Shown here one piece after another: positions 58,202-64,000 of a stretch of DNA of 64,000 nucleotides. The position numbers were made by a program, and so were the translations under genes. The stretch spans positions 32,001-96,000 of the forward strand of contig WJMJ01000071.1 of assembly GCA_014728035.1 (NCBI GenBank). The letters are read 5' to 3'. How positions within the stretch are numbered: the first letter of the stretch is position 1; every line of letters starts with the position of its first letter. The stretch is from Promethearchaeota archaeon (GTDB lineage Archaea; Asgardarchaeota; Thorarchaeia; Thorarchaeales; Thorarchaeaceae). The notes beneath the pieces were generated by a model. That model was given only the letters and a program-made list of their open reading frames with translations. It was not told the origin of the DNA and made no database searches.

Positions 58202-58573
58202 ATGTCATCAATTGCGAAAAAAGCAGTCGACAGTACGGTGAAACGGATTTTACTTCATATGGCAGAGATAATTGCATCAATTGGTATATTGATCTTGATA
58301 TGTTTACCACTTCTCTTTGCTATTCCTCAATGGTTCCAGCTTGTATTGTTCTATTCGCCATCCCTTGATTTGCTTGTAAATCCTGTTGCATGGTTAAATG
58401 CCAGTGGTGCCATTATGGCCATTGTTGCACTTGCTTTTGTAGGGCTAATATTCGTGTATCCAATAATCACGAAGATAGCTTCGTCAGGTCTTGAAACTGA
58501 TGATGATTACATCGACGAGGACGAAGATGAAGAATACTTTGATGAAGAAATTGAATCAGAAGAGACTGAGTAA
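58202..58573 (+). CDS. small 2-TM protein with acidic tail
   Basis: ATG at 58202 with GGAG upstream; two TM segments; tail DDDYIDEDEDEEYFDEE. Confidence 0.6.
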   Translation: MSSIAKKAVDSTVKRILLHMAEIIASIGILILICLPLLFAIPQWFQLVLFYSPSLDLLVNPVAWLNASGAIMAIVALAFVGLIFVYPIITKIASSGLETDDDYIDEDEDEEYFDEEIESEETE

Positions 58574-58596
58574 TATCTCAGTCTATCTGTTCATCT

Positions 58597-59403
58597 TTAT
58601 ACTAACTTAATTCTCTCAGCAAGTGTTTTCACAATAGCATTGAAATCTTGCGAAACCTTGGAGTCTGGTTCTTGGATTACAAATGGAGTACCTTCATCAC
58701 TTAATTTTGTAACTCTTGGGTCTAATGGAAGAGTTCCCAAATGATCAATGCCAAAGTCTTCTGATGCTTTTTGTGCAGCGCCTTTTCCAAATATTTTGTA
58801 TGCCTTTCCACATTCTGGGCAAATGAACTCGGTCATATTTTCTATAATTCCAAGAACCGGTACATTCATTTTTGATACCAATTGGATAGCACGCCTAGCA
58901 TCAAGCACAGCTACCTCTTGGGGTGTTGTTACTATAATCACCCCATCAATGTCTGGTATTGATTGTAGGATGCTCAGAATCTCATCACCTGTACCTGGCG
59001 GCAAGTCTACGACAAGTACATCCAAATCTCCCCATAGGACATTTCCAAGAAACTGGTTTATTGCTCGTGCTACTAGGGGGCCTCTCCATGCCACAGCGTC
59101 ATCGCTTTTTCTTAGCAATAAACCCATACTCATAACCTTCACACCTTCAGGTCCCATTACTGGATGAATCATGTTTCCTTCTGCTGCTGGATGTTTGCCT
59201 TCTAGTCCCAATAATTTCGGCACATTAGGTCCATAGATATCAACATCAAGAATTCCGGCAGAATGGGATTTTGAAAAAGCCATTGCAAGATTTGCTGCAA
59301 CAGTGGTCTTTCCTACCCCTCCTTTGCCTGATAGAACTACAATCTTGTGCTTTATTCCTTTCATGGCTTTTGCTACTTCTTCTGGAACTGTTGGTTTTGA
59401 CAA
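58597..59403 (-). CDS. mrp: Mrp/ApbC/Nbp35 Fe-S cluster carrier ATPase
   Basis: SGKGGVGKTT, DVDIYGPN, WRGP, DLPPGTGD, ENM..FICPECG. Confidence 0.9.
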   Translation of the reverse strand: MSKPTVPEEVAKAMKGIKHKIVVLSGKGGVGKTTVAANLAMAFSKSHSAGILDVDIYGPNVPKLLGLEGKHPAAEGNMIHPVMGPEGVKVMSMGLLLRKSDDAVAWRGPLVARAINQFLGNVLWGDLDVLVVDLPPGTGDEILSILQSIPDIDGVIIVTTPQEVAVLDARRAIQLVSKMNVPVLGIIENMTEFICPECGKAYKIFGKGAAQKASEDFGIDHLGTLPLDPRVTKLSDEGTPFVIQEPDSKVSQDFNAIVKTLAERIKLV

Positions 59404-59475
59404 GGAATCAACTCCAATTTAGCTGAATCTAACAATGATATAAACAATAAGTTAGCTACTAGCTGACTTTTGCTT

Positions 59476-60288
59476 TCATTTTGAAACATATAGTCGATGA
59501 ATAGATTGGGCTAGAGATTCGTCTGAGGCAGCGATAAAATTCATCATATACTGTGAATCTAATGACATGACAAATCGATCTCCCCCCTCTCCCAGGATGT
59601 ACCCTCCAGCTTCGGATACCATATGTGTTCCACTTACGTGGATGATTGGGAGCATATCACGGAGGTCTACCATGGCATCAAGTTTGCCAGCTGCAACCCA
59701 ACAGAGGTCTAACAAATTACTTGCTGTTCTTCTCACATCTTTTACACCGTCCACTATCCTCTGTGAAGCAGACGAAAAATAGGAATCCCCCTTCTTCTTT
59801 GAGTCGTAGGAAATAATTGCTTCCTCGATTGGAATTGGTTGTGCAACAGAAACTGGTTTTCCGTTACATGTCACACCTTGCCCTTTCCGCGCAACATACG
59901 TTTCCTTCGTAAAGTATGAATCAACAATACTGATTTCGATTTCGTCAGTGGTTAGATTGGGCTTAAATGATGAAGCAGAAATTCCGATTGTACATAATGG
60001 GATATTTCTTTCCAAGTTTGCTGATCCGTCAATAGGATCTATTATTACAAGATACTCAGTTTTTCCTTCTGAATTAATGATGCCTTGTTCTTCCGTAACA
60101 ATCTTCATCTGATATCCAGAGGTCTGCAATACCTCGATAGCTGCGTTTTCCGCTTCTTGGTCAAGGAGGAGTGTCTTATCGCCAAATGGGTTTTCAAAAC
60201 CAGTTTTTTCAGCTGCTTGGTCTAAATTATTTACCACAACTTTTTTCGCTGCTATAATTGCATCAAATAAGACTCCTTCAAGGGTCAT
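59476..60288 (-). CDS. suhB: inositol monophosphatase / FBPase family
   Basis: VTEE, IIDPIDGSAN, LDLCWVAAGKLD, EAGG. Confidence 0.8.
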   Translation of the reverse strand: MTLEGVLFDAIIAAKKVVVNNLDQAAEKTGFENPFGDKTLLLDQEAENAAIEVLQTSGYQMKIVTEEQGIINSEGKTEYLVIIDPIDGSANLERNIPLCTIGISASSFKPNLTTDEIEISIVDSYFTKETYVARKGQGVTCNGKPVSVAQPIPIEEAIISYDSKKKGDSYFSSASQRIVDGVKDVRRTASNLLDLCWVAAGKLDAMVDLRDMLPIIHVSGTHMVSEAGGYILGEGGDRFVMSLDSQYMMNFIAASDESLAQSIHRLYVSK

Positions 60289-60409
60289 ACTATCACATCT
60301 ACACTGCATTCTATTTTGGATAATAATTTACCTCAAGCAGACCAATGCCAAATGGTTAAATGTTCTGAGTACTTCTTTGTAGTGTAACCCGAAATATGGT
60401 GGACAATTA

Positions 60410-61078
60410 ATGGGTTTTCTGAGTGGTAAGAAAAAAGTCGATTCCGAACGTGGAATTCTTGAAATAAAAGGTACTATGAATGCTCTAACATTACGTATCA
60501 GACGACTTGATACACGAATGGCGGAAGAACGTAAATCCGCAAAGGACGCTATGAAACGTGGCGATAGATCTAGTGCAAAAGCACATCTAACTCATGTAAT
60601 GGACCTAGAGGGACGTAAAAGTCGCTATCGTCAGCAGGTTACTACTCTTGAAACAGCTCTTATGAATCTCGAAGAAGCTCAGGACCAAGCTGAGGTGTTG
60701 AGTGCATTCAAAATTGCAAATGCTGCTTTGGCCCAAGCTCGTGAGCTACTTAGTCCTACTGAAATTCAGATGCAACTTGACCGTCTATCTCAGTCTTTCG
60801 AGCATATCTCTATTGCTGGTGAACTTCTCTCTGAAGATCTTTCAAGTGGTGCAACAACTCTTGAGGCAGAAGAGAGAATTGATAGAGAATTAGATGCCAT
60901 TGAAGCTGAAGTTCTATTAGAGAAAGAAGGAGTACTTCCTCCACTCGAAGACGAAAGGGAAGCGGAAGCAGTTACTTCTGCAGATTCAGGTTCTAGTAAA
61001 GAAGAACGTATAGATGCAATGTTAGCAGACTTAGAACGTGAGGCTAGAGAGGAACGAGAAAAAGAAGCACAGAGCTAA
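60410..61078 (+). CDS. ESCRT-III / Snf7-family protein (Vps20/32/60-like)
   Basis: MGFLSGKKK, basic helical hairpin (AKDAMKRGDRSSAKAHL), LEEAQ..AEVL, acidic half with IDRELDAIEAE and LPPL. Confidence 0.8.
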   Translation: MGFLSGKKKVDSERGILEIKGTMNALTLRIRRLDTRMAEERKSAKDAMKRGDRSSAKAHLTHVMDLEGRKSRYRQQVTTLETALMNLEEAQDQAEVLSAFKIANAALAQARELLSPTEIQMQLDRLSQSFEHISIAGELLSEDLSSGATTLEAEERIDRELDAIEAEVLLEKEGVLPPLEDEREAEAVTSADSGSSKEERIDAMLADLEREAREEREKEAQS

Positions 61079-61101
61079 TTATGAGAAAGATTCCTGTTTA
61101 G

Positions 61102-61746
61102 GTGTTTTTGGTTATGGCGATACAACTTGTCGTTTTTGATGTTGACGGAACACTAACCTGTCACTCAAGTATTTGGTGGCGATTGCACGAACATTTTGGC
61201 ACGGAAGAAGAAGGACGATTCTATTTTGACCAGTATTTTTCTGGTGCTATTACCTATAACGAATGGGCAGCTTTTGATGCAGGGTTATGGAAAGGACGAA
61301 AACTCACCGAGATTCATCCGGTTGTTGAAAGCACAAAACTTGTCCCTGGAGCAAAGCAAACGATTCATAGACTAAAAGAACATGGCGTAAAAGTTGCCAT
61401 ATTGTCTGGTGGACTTGATGTCCTCGCTTATGATGTTGCAAGAAAGGTTGGTATTGAATATGTTCTGACAAACAGATTACTTCATGAGGATGGAATTCTA
61501 TCTGGTTCGGTTGAGGTCAATGTTGGTTGGGCAGGAAAAGTCATCGAGATAAAACGGATTGCAGACCATTTCGGTGTGGACTTGAAAGAAGTTGCTTATG
61601 TTGGAGATGGAAGGAATGATATTTCTGTGTTCAATACTGTAGGTCTCTCAATAGCTTTTCGAGCAGAAGACAAAGAAGTAGCCGAGGCCGCCATGATAAA
61701 GGTTCAAGGTGACGACCTTACTGACATACTTCAACATATCATATAG
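61102..61746 (+). CDS. serB: HAD-IB phosphoserine phosphatase-like
   Basis: FDVDGTL, ILSGG, YVGDGRND. Confidence 0.75.
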   Translation: MFLVMAIQLVVFDVDGTLTCHSSIWWRLHEHFGTEEEGRFYFDQYFSGAITYNEWAAFDAGLWKGRKLTEIHPVVESTKLVPGAKQTIHRLKEHGVKVAILSGGLDVLAYDVARKVGIEYVLTNRLLHEDGILSGSVEVNVGWAGKVIEIKRIADHFGVDLKEVAYVGDGRNDISVFNTVGLSIAFRAEDKEVAEAAMIKVQGDDLTDILQHII

Positions 61747-62917
61747 GAGTTCCCCAAATGAGGAGTGCAAAGACATATGCTTGTAGTAAAATTATCATTG
61801 CTCCCTCAAATAAATCCAAATGATGATCATCTGTGATTGCCCGTTTAAGGAACCATAGACTTCCAGCTATCACTATTAATTGGAATAAGACATATCTATT
61901 CATTGGAATTGGTACAAAAATTCCTATTCCTCCACTAACTAATAGGATAATCTGCAAAACACCTCCTATTAGATTACCTACAGCAAGTCCAATCTTTCCT
62001 TTTGCAGCTGCAATTAATGCGATTCCATGTTCTGGAATAGCTCCAGCTGCACCCAAAATTACTGCTGCAATTGTGACAGGATTTGCAAAGTCCGAAATAA
62101 TATGATTATACTCATGAAGAAGTATCTCTACAGAAGAGGTTAGTATTTCCCCTGCAAGGAAAATTCCAATGAAGCCTATTACTGCAAGGATTGCAGCTGT
62201 TCTTCTCGAATGATGTGCTTCAGCTATTTCGGTATCTTCAGTTTTATCTTCTGTTACTAACGAGTATGCATAAATAATATATGAAAAGAAGAGAATGAAT
62301 GATGCTTCCCATGGAATGAAGAACTGTGCGTTTGCACTCTCCGCAAATGCTACATCAACAATTCCCAGTGCGAATATAGAAATCAATGCGACAATGGTCC
62401 ATCTTAGTAATACCGAGTCTTTCTTGATAGCTTCTTCTGGAACTGGCATGTCATCTTTTCCTTTTGTGGATATAATAATGGTAAGTCCAAGAAGAATCAT
62501 GTTGAATCCTGCTGCTATCAATACAGAAAGAACAGCTATGGTCTTTAGCTCTGGTTGATTAGTTATCTCTCCACTGTAAGCTGCTATTCCACTTATTGCT
62601 GCCTCTGGCATGTTGCTTGCCAAGCTTGAAAACATTCCTGCAACATAAGCAGTCAATCCGAGGTGTCCAGCACCACTTTCAATTCCCTCGACTGCCCACT
62701 CTGAAGGCCTAAATGCTAACCATGTTCCACATAACAAGCCCAACACTATTACAAGTGTCGCTTCAATCCCCGAAAATCTCAGATAAAAGTACAGAATTAT
62801 TAGCATTAGAAAGAATATCATTTCCTTTTTACTTGCAGCTAAAGAATCGGATATTTTCTTGTATCCATGTTCTTGATGCTCGGAATTAGGAGTTTCAGTC
62901 AATTCAATTCCTCCCAA
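61739..62917 (-). CDS. Ca2+/cation antiporter (CaCA/CAX family)
   Basis: Alpha-repeats ASNMPE and GAIPEH, GNLIGG, FEGA. Confidence 0.8.
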   Translation of the reverse strand: MGGIELTETPNSEHQEHGYKKISDSLAASKKEMIFFLMLIILYFYLRFSGIEATLVIVLGLLCGTWLAFRPSEWAVEGIESGAGHLGLTAYVAGMFSSLASNMPEAAISGIAAYSGEITNQPELKTIAVLSVLIAAGFNMILLGLTIIISTKGKDDMPVPEEAIKKDSVLLRWTIVALISIFALGIVDVAFAESANAQFFIPWEASFILFFSYIIYAYSLVTEDKTEDTEIAEAHHSRRTAAILAVIGFIGIFLAGEILTSSVEILLHEYNHIISDFANPVTIAAVILGAAGAIPEHGIALIAAAKGKIGLAVGNLIGGVLQIILLVSGGIGIFVPIPMNRYVLFQLIVIAGSLWFLKRAITDDHHLDLFEGAMIILLQAYVFALLIWGTPI

Positions 62918-63020
62918 CTTTACGATGCAATAGATAATCTGACCTATAACATTGCTGGGTATTGGTCTGCTGACAGAGAGCTACTCGGACTTTTTGAGAG
63001 ATAGTATTTTTGATGGTTAT

Positions 63021-64000
63021 TTATCCTGGATGATGATATGGATATCTGGAACCCGATCCAGTATTTAGAAGTACAACATCCTCATCATAATCAATATCAC
63101 CCGATTCAACAAGATGTCTGATTCCAGCTAGACCAACAGCTGCTTCAGGACAAAAATCAATTCCTTCCATTCTTGCAGCGATACTTCTGGCTGCGCGGAT
63201 TTCTTGTTCTATTACAGCTACTGCACCACCTCCTGACCCTCGTAGTGCACCTAAAATAAGACGGTCTGCAAATGGACTTGGTACTCGAAGACCATACGCC
63301 TCAGTTTCTCCATTGTCCCAAGGTTCTATTGTAAGGGCATTTTTCTCCATTGCTCTAACAACAGGTGCACATCCTGCACTCTGAGCAGCATATAACCTTG
63401 GCTTCTTATAATCAAGTAATCCAATAGCTTCGAGTTCTTCTACAGCTTTCCATATTCCAATAAGAGCTGTGCCACCTCCAGTTGGACAGATAATTGCATC
63501 TGGCATACTCCACCCCATTTGTTCAGCTATCTCAAACCCTAACGTCTTTTTACCCTCTACTCTATATGGCTCTTTTGTAGTTGAAAGGTCTGTCCATCCC
63601 CCATCATATTCTTTCATCACTCTTCCTGCGTCAGTAATTGTACCAGATACCTTCTCGATATCTGCACCGTACATTTGACAGGTACGGAAAAACGGTTCTG
63701 GCGTGTCTTCTGGCATGAATATCTTAGCCAGGACTCCAGCAGCAGCTGAGTATGCACTAGTAGATACTCCTGCATTACCCGCTGAAGGCAGAGCAAAAGA
63801 TTTTGCTCCTAGCTCTAGATGTTTGGAAATCGCAACACAGAGACCTCTATCTTTGAAACTTTGAGTTGGATTCATCGCTTCGTTTTTTATCCTCAGAAGT
63901 TTCAATCCTACATGTTTTCCTAATTGCCTCGTAGTTAGAAGGGGCGTCCATCCTTCTCCTAATCTAACAACGAATGATGGTGATTTTACAGGGAGCAGTT
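63021..64000 (-). CDS. thrC: threonine synthase (5'-partial; frame open to the window end)
   Basis: LGEGWTPL upstream of the listed start; NPTQSFKDRG, SAGNA, EGKKT, PTGGG, NTGSG. Confidence 0.85.
   Translation of the reverse strand, partial: LLPVKSPSFVVRLGEGWTPLLTTRQLGKHVGLKLLRIKNEAMNPTQSFKDRGLCVAISKHLELGAKSFALPSAGNAGVSTSAYSAAAGVLAKIFMPEDTPEPFFRTCQMYGADIEKVSGTITDAGRVMKEYDGGWTDLSTTKEPYRVEGKKTLGFEIAEQMGWSMPDAIICPTGGGTALIGIWKAVEELEAIGLLDYKKPRLYAAQSAGCAPVVRAMEKNALTIEPWDNGETEAYGLRVPSPFADRLILGALRGSGGGAVAVIEQEIRAARSIAARMEGIDFCPEAAVGLAGIRHLVESGDIDYDEDVVLLNTGSGSRYPYHHPG

Overview
Gene-dense, AT-rich archaeal DNA, most likely from an Asgard archaeon (Thorarchaeia-like by inference). The evidence is a longin-domain protein, an ESCRT-III/Snf7 protein, a presenilin-like protease, PAC2 and PDCD5 homologues, archaeal TATA/SD-like signals and many TTG/GTG starts. 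I saw no rRNA, tRNA, CRISPR array or transposase. Contents in order: (1) a glpB-glpC-alkyl-DHAP-synthase-like/CCG oxidoreductase/radical SAM/GNAT/ALDH cluster; (2) housekeeping and Asgard-type genes; (3) an E2F/DP-like winged-helix gene (KRRVYD motif plus coiled coil); (4) a ~11 kb cluster with three paralogous Cdc48-N-like+vWA proteins and an amidohydrolase, where an 882-aa protein looks like a catalytically degenerate fusion copy of the divergently transcribed amidohydrolase and Cdc48N-vWA pair; (5) a GCS2-type carboxylate-amine ligase fused to ~650 aa of beta-sandwich domains, next to a degenerate N-formylglutamate-amidohydrolase-like gene; (6) a split, divergent oligopeptide ABC transporter in which oppC, oppB and oppA each end in a hairpin+U terminator; (7) a non-coding region at ~57.45-58.2 kb that appears to hold two divergent structured small RNAs rich in CCUCC. 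All family calls come from motif recognition by eye, not from database searches.
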